From a bacterium (GTDB taxonomy: Bacteria; UBA8248): DNA of 64,000 nucleotides. Numbering within the stretch: the first letter of the stretch is position 1; the number at the start of each line of letters is the position of its first letter. The position numbers and the translations under genes are program-made. Shown piece by piece: positions 48,933 through 58,507 of the stretch. The notes under the pieces are model-generated. The model was not told the origin of the DNA. It saw only the letters and a list, made by a program, of their open reading frames with translations, and ran no database searches. The stretch covers positions 1,344,001-1,408,000 of the forward strand of contig OZ253442.1 of the NCBI GenBank assembly GCA_965261085.1, read 5' to 3'.

Positions 48933-49781
48933 TCAGGACGCTTTGAGCACGCAGTAGGAATACAACTCCAACAGGTCGGCCGCCAGGTCCATCTCTTTTT
49001 TCATTTCCGCCACGGATTCCGGTGCGCGGCGCTCTCCGACCTGCATCAGGCTTGCAGATTCAACCACCTCGAAACCGTGTTTTTCCCTGAAAACGGAGAG
49101 ATCGTCGAAGCCGGTCACCCATTTCACCCCGAAGTTGTTTTCAAAAAGATCCGTGACTTCGGTGATTCTCTCGTCGCCGGACGTGCGGTTGATCACTTTT
49201 TCCGAGTAATAATCAAAGGCGATGGTCATACGCGGAACCTGCGCGCGCAGCCGATCGAGAAAATCATGGATGAGCTCGACCGGCAGATACATGGTATTGC
49301 CTTCCCATATGAACAGGACGGGAGCTTCAATATCGAAGCCCGCTTGCCTGAGTTTTTGAGAAAGATCGACTTCGAGATAATTACACTCGATTCCCGCGCA
49401 GGGCGTGACGCCGTTGGCTTCGAGAACCTTGTTCTTGTACCCGAGCACCGCCGGCTGATCGACGTCGCAGAACTTCACGCCCTCGGTCTGATAAATGTGA
49501 GCGCGCATGTCGAAGCCCGCGCCGAGCGAGACGATCTGCTTCATGCCGTCCGCGATGCCGCGCTCGACGACCTCGCTCATGACGCAAACCCGGTAGCGAA
49601 CCAGCTCCAGCGAGGGCGGGAAAACCCTTATCTGTTCCTGAACCATTTCTTCTATCGCCTCGTTGACGAACAACGCCGCATAAGGATCGTCGAACAGTTT
49701 GTGTTCCCGGTCTTTTTCCATCGCACGGATACAGGAAATCACGAACGCGGTCGCGCCGATTTCATTGATGATGTCCACCAC
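48933..49781 (-). CDS. class I SAM-dependent methyltransferase (LCM-like), tandem paralogue
   Basis: Same motifs (QIVSLGAGFDMR, WEGNTMYL) and clear similarity to 48106..48927. Confidence 0.85.
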   Translation of the reverse strand: MVDIINEIGATAFVISCIRAMEKDREHKLFDDPYAALFVNEAIEEMVQEQIRVFPPSLELVRYRVCVMSEVVERGIADGMKQIVSLGAGFDMRAHIYQTEGVKFCDVDQPAVLGYKNKVLEANGVTPCAGIECNYLEVDLSQKLRQAGFDIEAPVLFIWEGNTMYLPVELIHDFLDRLRAQVPRMTIAFDYYSEKVINRTSGDERITEVTDLFENNFGVKWVTGFDDLSVFREKHGFEVVESASLMQVGERRAPESVAEMKKEMDLAADLLELYSYCVLKAS

Positions 49782-49957
49782 CGTTGCTCCTCTGGATTGC
49801 GGATGCCGCTCCTCTCCCTCGAGAAGAGGGGATGCGCGCCTCGTGTGTCCTGGCTTGCCGGGAATGGATAATAGCCGAGTGTGGCGGGGGCGGGCAATTC
49901 GGTGAGAGCATCTCCCGCCGCGTTATGTCGGCCGCTATGGATGATATGGACAGGTGC

Positions 49958-50075
49958 GCAGGGAAGAACCTGTGTGTTCTCCCTGGGTGGTGCGTTCGCC
50001 TTGCCGCGCAATCGTATGTGCCGGATTCCAAGACGGGCGGACACGCAGGTGGCAGACATATATGTCTGACCCTAC
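49958..50075. repeat. degenerate GTAG-type REP-like palindrome pair
   Basis: gcagggaagaacctgtgtgttctccct ... gggcggacacgcaggt-ggcagacatatatgtctgaccctac, ending in CTAC (reverse complement of GTAG). Confidence 0.5.
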
Positions 50076-50131
50076 GAAACCATCGCCGCCGAGCGGGCGC
50101 GACTTGCTGCCCAGAGTGACGAAGATTCTCT

Positions 50132-50557
50132 TCAGTCCACGACCGCAATCGCGTTGACCTCCACCAGGCACCTGGGGTCGGTGGCGAGGCGCACGACCTG
50201 AAGCGTGGTGGAGGCGGTCCGGTGGTCGCCGAAATACTCTTTTCGGATGGCTCCCGCCTCGACGGCGCCCTCCATCGTCGTCGAGAAGAACTGGAAGAAG
50301 ACGATATCACTGAACGTCCCACCCACGGCCTCGAGGCTTTTCTTCAGGTTCTCGAGGGCCATGCGCGTCTGGGTGGGCAGATCGTCCGGGAGCGTATCGA
50401 ACTCCTCGGGCCGGTGGGGATGGTGGTGGTAGGGCGGCGCGGCCGTGACCCCCGCAAAATAGACGGTCGTCCCGCCGCTCGCCTTGACGGCCATCGAGTA
50501 GGGGGTCCAGACGTCGAGCCTGTCGGGCCAATCCACGGTTTCGATCTGCTTCGGCAT
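50132..50557 (-). CDS. RidA/YjgF/UK114 family protein
   Basis: PYS.AV, VYFAG, QT..ALENL, R.EYF....TAST...V..L......VEV.AIA. Confidence 0.85.
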   Translation of the reverse strand: MPKQIETVDWPDRLDVWTPYSMAVKASGGTTVYFAGVTAAPPYHHHPHRPEEFDTLPDDLPTQTRMALENLKKSLEAVGGTFSDIVFFQFFSTTMEGAVEAGAIRKEYFGDHRTASTTLQVVRLATDPRCLVEVNAIAVVD

Positions 50558-50894
50558 CGTCGGTCTCCTTCAAGTATGAAAAAGTCGAAAGTCAGGCTCA
50601 TGCGCGGCAATCGACGCCGGGGGAGGGAGGCGATCCGCCCGATCGTCCCGCTCCCTGGTCCCGGACTTGCGCTTGGCGAATGGATAATTCTATTTTGAAT
50701 TCAGGTCTTTCGTCACCTTGCTCCCCGGATCGATTCTCCTTAACCTGTAGATGGTGAAATACAAACTGGATGGCTATTCCCCTCCGATTGACAGCTTAAA
50801 GGTTCGGTCGAGTTTTGTGCAGTACGCGATTTGAAAGGTGGTAAGGAGGGGAGTGCGGCTGAATATACGGTGTTGACTTTGGCGCAGAGGAGAA

Positions 50895-51296
50895 ATGAAG
50901 AAAATGGCGATTGTCGGCGCATTTCATCATGTCCATATGATCAGCAGGGATCCCGACGGGGTAGCCGATTGGTTCGAACGCTTCTTCGGGAGTGAGATAG
51001 TGGCCGAGCAGTTTCCGGCCGGGGCGCGCAACCTCGTCCTCCGGGTGGGGGAAGGGACGCTCAGCGTGCGCACCCCCCGGCCCTCGGACGGACTCACGGA
51101 AGCGGATGGCCCTCGCCCCAAGGGGTACGGAATCCATCACTTCTGCTTCGTAGTGGATGACCTGAAAGGATTACTCGAGGACTTGCGCGCCAATGGGGTG
51201 ACAAATATCCAGGAGATGCCCGTCCACGTGAGTGGCAAGTTCGCCGCCTTTATCGAGGGCCCCGAGGAAATGCCCATCGAGCTCATTCAGGCCTGA
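50895..51296 (+). CDS. VOC/glyoxalase family protein
   Basis: FHHVHM...D, GIHHFCFVVDDL, GPE..PIEL. Confidence 0.85.
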   Translation: MKKMAIVGAFHHVHMISRDPDGVADWFERFFGSEIVAEQFPAGARNLVLRVGEGTLSVRTPRPSDGLTEADGPRPKGYGIHHFCFVVDDLKGLLEDLRANGVTNIQEMPVHVSGKFAAFIEGPEEMPIELIQA

Positions 51297-51358
51297 CCCG
51301 GGCGGCCAGGAGTAGACGTTTCCGAAGTCCACCTCACCCTAAGCCGATTATCGGGATG

Positions 51359-52552
51359 CTATTCGGCCGGCAGGCCTGTGATCCGCGAGCTGATCTTGAT
51401 CCGGAAGATGTGGTTGTTCCCGGCGCCGTGGAGAAACGAGATCACGTCGCGGAGGTATTTCTCGACGGGGCATTCGCGCATGTAGCCCACGCCGCCGTGC
51501 ACCTCGAGCGCCAGGCGGCAGACTTCATACGCGGCTTCTGAACAAACCACCTTGGTGAGCCATGACATTTTCGGGTCGTAGTCCTCGGCGTAATCCACCG
51601 CCCATGAGGTTCGCCACAGCACGGAGCGCGCCGCCTCCAGCCTCGTGTACATTTCCCCGATCATCTGGGCGACGGCCTGATGCTGACCGATAGGTTTTCC
51701 GCCCTGTATCCTCTCCTGCGAGTAGCGCACGGCCTCCTCGAAGGCGGCCCGGCCCGCGCCCAGTACGGTCGCCCCGTAGCCGCCCCTTCCCCGGGCTATG
51801 CGGCTGGTGCGCAGAGCCTCGGCCTCGCCCTCTTTTTCCCCCAGCCGGTTGCGGGCGGGAACCTCGGCATTCTCGAAGACGAGCGTGGCGTTGCTCAGAA
51901 GGCGGCGGCCCATCTTGTCGTGGATCTGGCCGACGCTTAAGCCCGGCGTGTCCGCGGGAACGAGAAAGGGCGTCATTCCCTTCAAGCCCCCCTGGGTCTT
52001 GTCGGTGCGCGTGTAGACGATGTAGAGCTTGGCCGTTCCGCCGTTGCTGATGAATTGTTTGACGCCGCTCAGCCGGTAGATGTCCCCGTCGCGCTCGGCG
52101 CTCATCTGCACGCCCGCGCCGGGGGCGGCGTAGGGCAGAACGTGATCCGTTCCGGCGTCGGGTTCGGTGATGCACGTCGCCAGATGAAAGCGGTGATCCG
52201 AAACGAACGCCGGGAGGAAGCGCTCTTTTTGCTCGTCGTTCGTCCAGTGCTCGATGATGGGGGTGAACTTCCACGTCTGATCGAAGGTGGCGGCCACGCC
52301 GAGGTCACCCGCGCCTAGTTCCTCGCCGACGATGGAGAGGGTGAGCATGTCGGCCCCACCGCCGCGCTCCCCGCTCAGCGCCAGCGTGCGGAGGCCGAGC
52401 TTCGAGCCTTCCTCGACGACGTCGGTGGGGATGCAGTCGAGCGGATCTGGATTCCTGTCAAACTCGGCGGCGACGGGACGCACGTGCCGGTCGACGTAAT
52501 CGCGCGCCAGTTTTTGAAGCGCCTTTTGTTCGTCGGTCAGGGAAAAATCCAT
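51359..52552 (-). CDS. acyl-CoA dehydrogenase family protein
   Basis: MDFSLTDEQ, CITEPDAGTD, KQFISNG, KMGRR, GGVGY..E.PVEKYLRD. Confidence 0.9.
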   Translation of the reverse strand: MDFSLTDEQKALQKLARDYVDRHVRPVAAEFDRNPDPLDCIPTDVVEEGSKLGLRTLALSGERGGGADMLTLSIVGEELGAGDLGVAATFDQTWKFTPIIEHWTNDEQKERFLPAFVSDHRFHLATCITEPDAGTDHVLPYAAPGAGVQMSAERDGDIYRLSGVKQFISNGGTAKLYIVYTRTDKTQGGLKGMTPFLVPADTPGLSVGQIHDKMGRRLLSNATLVFENAEVPARNRLGEKEGEAEALRTSRIARGRGGYGATVLGAGRAAFEEAVRYSQERIQGGKPIGQHQAVAQMIGEMYTRLEAARSVLWRTSWAVDYAEDYDPKMSWLTKVVCSEAAYEVCRLALEVHGGVGYMRECPVEKYLRDVISFLHGAGNNHIFRIKISSRITGLPAE

Positions 52553-52561
52553 CGGCCCTCC

Positions 52562-53335
52562 TCAATCATTTCCGGATATAAGACCTTCGCGCACTTTGGG
52601 CATGGTGACCGGGAGGTCGAGAATCGGCAGGCCGTGGGAGGGCGCGACCACGGCGACGTCGAGTTCTTCGAGTAACTCCTCCAGGCGGTCCGAATAGATG
52701 TTCATGTCGGCGAAGCGGGTCCAGAACAGCGCCCGCTCCGCGAACACACCCAGAACTTCCGCCAGGTCGAGCGAGTCGGCTTCTTCCGCGATTTTTCCGC
52801 AGTGGCCGTCCCAGTGGTAATGGCTGTAGGCGAAGCCGTCCCCCGGAAAGAGGGTGCGCGCGCCGGTGTCGAATCCCCAGAGCGAGGTCCGCAGGTCGCG
52901 CACGACCGGTTCGACGGCGATGAACCGCCTGTCGCCCAGATCGACCGTGTCGCCGACCTCCATGTGCCTCAGCCTGTCCGCATGCTCCGGGTAGGAGAGA
53001 TGGTAGTCGCTCACGTCGCAGTGAACCGTCATCTCGGGATAGGCTTCGAGCAGCCGCCCCAACCCGCCCGCGTGGGGGGTTTCCTGGTGGGAGAGGAACA
53101 GGTACTTGAGCTCCGAGCCGTGTTCCGCCAGAATTTCGCGCAGCTGGCGGGAAACGACGGGGTAATCCCCCTGGTGGCCCGTTTCGACGAGCATGGAGCC
53201 AACTGATCCGATGATGAGGAAGGCCGCATTGTAGCTGTGGTAAATCTTTCCCTTGTGGTGCTGTTCGTGGCAGATGCCGAGCCAGAAAACGCCGGGAGCG
53301 ATTTCACGCGGAAGAGGATTTTCGTGCGGATTCAT
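52562..53335 (-). CDS. metallo-beta-lactamase-fold protein (flavodiiron/ODP-like domain)
   Basis: EIAPGVFW, YNAAFLI, SHQETPHAGG, LFPGDGF, APSHG. Confidence 0.75.
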   Translation of the reverse strand: MNPHENPLPREIAPGVFWLGICHEQHHKGKIYHSYNAAFLIIGSVGSMLVETGHQGDYPVVSRQLREILAEHGSELKYLFLSHQETPHAGGLGRLLEAYPEMTVHCDVSDYHLSYPEHADRLRHMEVGDTVDLGDRRFIAVEPVVRDLRTSLWGFDTGARTLFPGDGFAYSHYHWDGHCGKIAEEADSLDLAEVLGVFAERALFWTRFADMNIYSDRLEELLEELDVAVVAPSHGLPILDLPVTMPKVREGLISGND

Positions 53336-53337
53336 AT

Positions 53338-54228
53338 CTACCTTTCCATGTCGCGGGGAATGTAGCGCGGATTGACGACGGAGCGATCGAGATCCCGCAG
53401 AACCTCATCGAGCACCGAGAACTGGCGTTCGACCAGTTCACGCCCCATGAGAATGGCCCCGTATCCGGGGGCGATGTTTTCGATGTCGTAGCGGTGGAAG
53501 ACGTCGGTGATGCCCTTGCGGACCGTCCCGGTATCCACGCCCTCGAGCCACCAGTAGCGGGTGTTCAGCAGAAACGAGCGCACGAACGCGGAGGTCGTCA
53601 CAGATTCTTCCTCCACCGCCCACGGTCCCTCGGGGTCGTCCTGCCACACGTGGCTGAACATGTCCGAGGAGAAGAGGGTGCGGGTGGCTTCGTCAAAAAT
53701 CCACATCGTGGTGATGAGGCGGATGGGCGCGTTGATGCCGCGGATTATGCGCTCATTGTTCTGCCCTACGCGGCATTCGAGCTCGTTTCCCAGAACGGTC
53801 GTCGGGAATATCTGCTCCTCCTCGCTCTTGGGGCCGAATTTCTCCACGTCGAAATCAAGCCAGAAATCCATGTCGGGCCGCCGGGCGAAGCACTCCACGA
53901 CGTTGAACTCTTTGGCGAGGGCGGCCGCGTTTCCCACGGACATGAACTCGTTGAGCCTAAGCGGGTAGATCGACAGCGGGGTGTCGGGCGTGATGATCGA
54001 GCCGATTTGCTCGAACAGGGAGCGCCTGTGCCCGTTGTAGCCCGTGTCGAGCAGAATCGCGCCGTCCTCCTCGCAAAGAAGATAGCAGTTCGAGGGGGCG
54101 AAACCCCTGGCGCTGCGAGGGTAGGCGCTTATCCGCCCATCGAGTTCAAATACGTTGTGCAGGGCGTAGGCCTTGCCGGATCCTAAGTCCGTGACGCCGC
54201 TGTAAGACAACACGCTGCTGTCGGTCAT
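53338..54228 (-). CDS. divergent MBL-fold protein lacking His ligands
   Basis: NCYLL....ILLDTG, WIFDE.TRTLFSSDMF, IAPGYG; GGAGG RBS before 54228. Confidence 0.65.
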   Translation of the reverse strand: MTDSSVLSYSGVTDLGSGKAYALHNVFELDGRISAYPRSARGFAPSNCYLLCEEDGAILLDTGYNGHRRSLFEQIGSIITPDTPLSIYPLRLNEFMSVGNAAALAKEFNVVECFARRPDMDFWLDFDVEKFGPKSEEEQIFPTTVLGNELECRVGQNNERIIRGINAPIRLITTMWIFDEATRTLFSSDMFSHVWQDDPEGPWAVEEESVTTSAFVRSFLLNTRYWWLEGVDTGTVRKGITDVFHRYDIENIAPGYGAILMGRELVERQFSVLDEVLRDLDRSVVNPRYIPRDMER

Positions 54229-54439
54229 GAATGAATTCCTCCGGTTATCCTGAGGCGATGCGCCACCATTCCTCTCCCGAGCTTCGGGTTCCCGCATCCG
54301 CCGCTTCTTGGCGAGTTGCTTCCCATACACCTCGGAGTTTTTATGATGCCGACATTAAATAGGATTTTCAGAGGTTTTGCACCCCGCTCGGCGAAGTAAC
54401 GCGTTCTTCTCGCCCCGCCGGACAAATCCGCCCCTCTTT

Positions 54440-54514
54440 GAGGTTGTTGAAAAAACCCCTCGTCGGGCGCATGGCCTTTACCCCCCTGACAAGGGGGGCT
54501 TTTTCAACAACCCC
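54440..54514. mobile_element. short MITE-like element with GGTTGTTGAAAAA terminal inverted repeats
   Basis: aggttgttgaaaaa...tttttcaacaacc inverted ends with an internal cccccctgacaagggggg hairpin. Confidence 0.55.
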
Positions 54515-54588
54515 GCATCGGTCGGAAACCGCAGTTCCTCCCTTCTCAGTCGGAACTGACATTCATCAATCGCGTTTGATCTTCCTGC

Positions 54589-54736
54589 CGTCATTCCGGC
54601 GCATGTGGGTGGCAACCGGGAGGTTGACCAGAGCCGACGGGAATGCCGACATCGCAGAACGACCTCAAGGCCATCCTCAAGGGCGATAAGTCGAAAAGAT
54701 AAAATTCCCTGGATTCCGGCATGCGCCGGAATGACG
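54589..54736. repeat. GTCATTCCGGC-type palindromic repeat pair, left copy truncated
   Basis: cgtcattccggcgcatg ... ctggattccggcatgcgccggaatgacg. Confidence 0.65.
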
Positions 54737-54844
54737 AACGAAAGGCGCACCTGTGAGATAAAGCCCCTGCGCCTGTCAGGCCCACTCCTCAAGGGGGAGT
54801 GGTTTTCCTCCCTCATCAGTCGCGGCGAGAATTCCTCCCGCATT

Positions 54845-55165
54845 GGGGCTGTTGAAAAACCCCTCCGCGCTCGGAGTTAACCACCGTCGTCATTCCGGCG
54901 AAAGCCGGAATCCATTCTGATGCAAAAGGACAAAACTCCGGCTTTTCATCTCCTCGTCATCGACGGGAACCAATCAGAAAATAAAAAACAAAGGCAAAAC
55001 AAATGGATTCCGGCTTTCGCCGGAATGACGAACAAAACCGCACCGCCCTGTAAGGACAGGTCGCGACCTGTGGGACGACCCCGAGGAGGGATTGTCCCTA
55101 CGGACTCTCCTCCCCGGTTGGTTTCATTCACCAATTCACGGAATCAGGGGTTTTTCAACAACCCC
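54845..55165. mobile_element. MITE-like element with 19-bp TIRs enclosing a GTCATTCCGGC pair and a GTAG-type REP
   Basis: GGGGCTGTTGAAAAACCCC / GGGGTTTTTCAACAACCCC (18 of 19 complementary); perfect 27-bp inverted pair 54888..54914 and 55004..55030; gtaaggacaggtcgcgacctgt...tgtccctac at 55050..55101. Confidence 0.65.
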
Positions 55166-55179
55166 GAAAAAGGAGCGTT

Positions 55180-56625
55180 TGACCTCCGGCATGGCGACCG
55201 CATACGCGCGCTCCTCGTCCATTCTCGTGATTGCGGGCCAGATTCCGCGCGAGCGCATCGGCAAGGACTTGGGCGCCGTGCATGAAATTGTCGATCAGTC
55301 CGACGTGGTGCGCCCCTTCACCAAGTGGCGGCGGCAGGTGCTCAGACCCCGCGATATTCCCGACGCCGTATGAGAGGCGTTCCGGCAGATGCGCACCGGC
55401 CGTCCCCGCCCCGTCCTCCTCGAGATTCCCGCTGATGCCGGGGTGGAGCGCGAGGAAGTCGAACTGCGCGACCCGGCCCCCGTCTCGCGAATCGCGCCCA
55501 GCCCCGAACAGCTTAGCGAGGCCGCGCGCCTCATCGCCGAATCTCACTTTCCGCTGATATACGCAGGCGGCGGCGTGGCGCGCTCCGATGCGGAAGACAC
55601 CCTCGTCAAACTGGCCGAAGCGACGAACATACCCGTGGTCACCTCCAGCGGCGGGAAGGGGACGATACCCGACGATCATCCGCTGTCTTACGGTTCCTGT
55701 TTCAGCCCCCGGGGGGAGAGGCAGGAAATGAACCAGCTTTTCGAGGTGATGCAGTCGGCCGACCTCGTCATCGGAATCGGCGCGCGTTTTTCGCTGGGCA
55801 ATCCGGCCGGCGAGTCTTCCACGCTGGTGAACATCAACATCGACGACGCCGAACTCACCAGGGTGCAGTCCAACTGCATCCCCTTGCACGGCGACGCCAG
55901 GGCGACCATAGAGGCCATGCTCCCCCATCTCGCCGAAGGCCGGGGCGGGGGATCGCCCATCCCCCGTCGAAGCGGTCACGGCGGCTTGCAAGCTCATCGC
56001 CTATTACGACATCCGGCTCAAGGAGCCGCAGTACGCGGTTCTCGAGGCGATCCAGAGCGCCATTCCCGAGGACGCCTTCATCGCCTGGGACGTCACGCAG
56101 TTCGGCTTCTACGCCCGAACCCATTACCAGGTGAAACATCCGAAGACGTACATAGACTCCGGCTACCAGTTCAATCTCGGCTATGCGTTCCCGACCGCGC
56201 TGGGCGCGAAGGTGGCCAGGCCCGACCGCCCCGTGGTGTGCATGGCCGGAGACGGCGGGTTCATGTTCAACGCCGCCGAGCTTTCCACGGCGGTCCAGTA
56301 CGGCATCAACGTAACGACCGTCATCTTCCGGAACGATTCCTACGGCAACGTCGCCCGCGATCTGGATGATATGTTCGGCGGCGCATACGGGACCGATCTG
56401 CACAACCCCGATTTCGTGAAGTTCGCCGAGTCGTTCGGCGCGGTCGGGATGCGGGCGGACGACCCCATGGACCTGGCGAAGCTGCTTCCGCTTGCGCTGG
56501 AGCAGCAGGCGCCGGTGGTCATCGACGCGCCCTTCGCGGAGATGCCGATACCACGCGCTCCCCAGATTGCATTCGTCTACAAGATGCCCTGGACACATCC
56601 CCAGGAAGGCCGGATCGACTCCTGA
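55180..56625 (+). pseudogene. thiamine diphosphate-dependent enzyme (acetolactate synthase-like) pseudogene
   Basis: N-terminus missing; in-frame TGA at 55371..55373; frameshift near 55938; C-terminal GDGGFMFN...N motif intact. Confidence 0.85.
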
Positions 56626-56755
56626 ACCGGTGGAGCTGGATCCTCCGCGCGGCGGAGCTCTTATTACTCCCTTGCTTTGAAATCATTCCCCCTGAGGAAT
56701 GATCCCGAGGCGGAATGACGAGCCAAGGCGAGCGGCGCGAACCGGGCAAAGTAGT

Positions 56756-56784
56756 TTGCAGATTGAATTAAAAAACAATATAGT
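56756..56784 (+). promoter_or_regulatory. putative sigma70 promoter of tctCBA
   Basis: TTGCAG-N17-TATAGT in an AT-rich spacer. Confidence 0.55.
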
Positions 56785-56890
56785 TCGGCTCAATACCACT
56801 TATAGTTGGAATCAACACCCTGTAAGCGGGGTTTTTTATTGCCCCTTTTTTACCTACCCCTTTGTCTCATCCCTTTAAGGAGGGAACACG

Positions 56891-57880
56891 ATGTCGATCT
56901 TCAAACGCGTTCTCGTTCTCGCAGCCGTTCTGATTTTATGGAGCGTTCCCGCGATGGCCCAGAAGTTCCCCTCGAAGCCGATGGAGCTGATTTGCACCAC
57001 CTCGCCGGGTTCGAGCGTCGCTGTCTGGTGCCAGCTTCTCGCGCAGGAGTTTCCAAAAGTGCTCGGCGTGCCCATGCGGGTGACCTTCAAGAGCGGCGGT
57101 TCGCAGCACGAGCCGGTTCTCTACGTCTCGGGCAAGCCCGCCGACGGGCACATCATCATGCACATCAGCGCCAGCTTCTACGGGTATTTCCACCTGCCGC
57201 ACTACAAGAGGTCATACGCCGACTTCCAGACGCTGGCCCAGGTCGAAAAACACGTCTACGGCGTCGCGGTGAAGTGCAAGAACAAGTACGGCATCAAGAC
57301 GTTCGAGGATCTCGTCGCCTACGCCAATAAGAACCCCGGCAAACTGTCGATGGGCTCCAACAAGCGGGGCTCGACTCACCACCGTCATCAACTCGCCTTC
57401 CTGAAGGCCGCAGGCATCGGGGACAAAGTCAAGACGATCTTCTACCGGGGCGACGGCAACGTGGTGAAGGACGTACTCGGCGGCCATCTTCCCAGCGGGC
57501 AGGCCTCGCCGCGCACGTGGAGGCCGCATATCGAGGCGGGAACCATCTGCCCGCTCGTCTCGCAGACCCATAAGCGCCTCACGCACGACCCGATCTGGAA
57601 GAAAGTCCGCAGCGCGGTGGAAGTCGGCCTCAAATACGACCTCCCGCTCCACTGGCAGGGCCTCATGGTCAAGCGGGGCACGCCTCCGGCAATCATGAAA
57701 ATACTGGAGGACGCCGTGTACAAGGTGACCAGCTCGCCCGACTACAAGGACTATCTCTCCAAGGGGACGCACATCGTCCTGGACGTCAAGACGGGCTCGA
57801 AGTGGCTCAACAAGGACATGGCGAAGAACCAGGCGGTCGTGAAACAATTCATGATCAACCACAATATCATCAAGAAATAG
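56891..57880 (+). CDS. tctC: tripartite tricarboxylate transporter substrate-binding protein (TctC/Bug)
   Basis: Signal peptide, FPSKP, PADGH, YRGDG......LGGH, GTP. Confidence 0.88.
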   Translation: MSIFKRVLVLAAVLILWSVPAMAQKFPSKPMELICTTSPGSSVAVWCQLLAQEFPKVLGVPMRVTFKSGGSQHEPVLYVSGKPADGHIIMHISASFYGYFHLPHYKRSYADFQTLAQVEKHVYGVAVKCKNKYGIKTFEDLVAYANKNPGKLSMGSNKRGSTHHRHQLAFLKAAGIGDKVKTIFYRGDGNVVKDVLGGHLPSGQASPRTWRPHIEAGTICPLVSQTHKRLTHDPIWKKVRSAVEVGLKYDLPLHWQGLMVKRGTPPAIMKILEDAVYKVTSSPDYKDYLSKGTHIVLDVKTGSKWLNKDMAKNQAVVKQFMINHNIIKK

Positions 57881-57929
57881 AGGTTTTCGAACGGACGGCG
57901 GGAGGCTCCGCCGTCGTTAAGGCGCGAAG

Positions 57930-58478
57930 ATGACGGAAGAAAAAGAAAAGAGCGCGTCCTCTCCCTATGAGTTGAAGGTTCCGATGAGGGCGGCGGTGTT
58001 GACCACCACCGCCCTCATCCTGGGGGGACTCGCGTATCTCTACTACGAAACCTATGCGATGCAGCCTCCCTACGAGCCGGGGTATCCGGGCGACGCCTTT
58101 TTCCCCCGGCTGACTCTGGGTTTCTCGATTATCTGGGCGCTCATCGTCCTGGGGCGCGGGTTTTTCCTGCCCCAGGCGGCGCAGGCCGAAGGCGCCGAGG
58201 AGCCATATCTGCAGGCGCATTGGCTGGAGTTCGTCTCCATCGTCGTGTTCGTTTACCTCTACGCGGTTCTGCTCGAGCCGGTAGGATTCGAGATCATGAC
58301 CGTCGCGCTCATGATGTGCCTGCTGGTCCCGCGTATGCGGGCGGAATCGGCGCCGCGCGGCGCGCTGCTGCTGGGTTTTGCGTTGTCTCTGGCGACGATG
58401 ATCATCCTGTATCTGGGACTGGTGCCGATGCTGAACATCCCGTTGCCGCTTAAATTCTTGCCGATCTATATCTTCTAA
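57930..58478 (+). CDS. tctB: tripartite tricarboxylate transporter small permease TctB
   Basis: PGDAFFPR, Y...LEPVGF, LNIPLP; four to five TM segments. Confidence 0.82.
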   Translation: MTEEKEKSASSPYELKVPMRAAVLTTTALILGGLAYLYYETYAMQPPYEPGYPGDAFFPRLTLGFSIIWALIVLGRGFFLPQAAQAEGAEEPYLQAHWLEFVSIVVFVYLYAVLLEPVGFEIMTVALMMCLLVPRMRAESAPRGALLLGFALSLATMIILYLGLVPMLNIPLPLKFLPIYIF

Positions 58479-58507
58479 GGCCGTAATCGATGGAAGGGCA
58501 GTGATAG

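Noticed and set aside
54245-54330. Glycine or cobalamin riboswitch in the leader of the MBL operon (GGAGAG...TCAGG on the minus strand)
   Set aside because: The internal CCGAAG element and the B12 box are absent and the spacing is too short.
55371-55373. In-frame TGA as selenocysteine or readthrough
   Set aside because: It is not at a catalytic Cys position, and the gene also has a frameshift and lacks its 5' end, so pseudogenisation is simpler.
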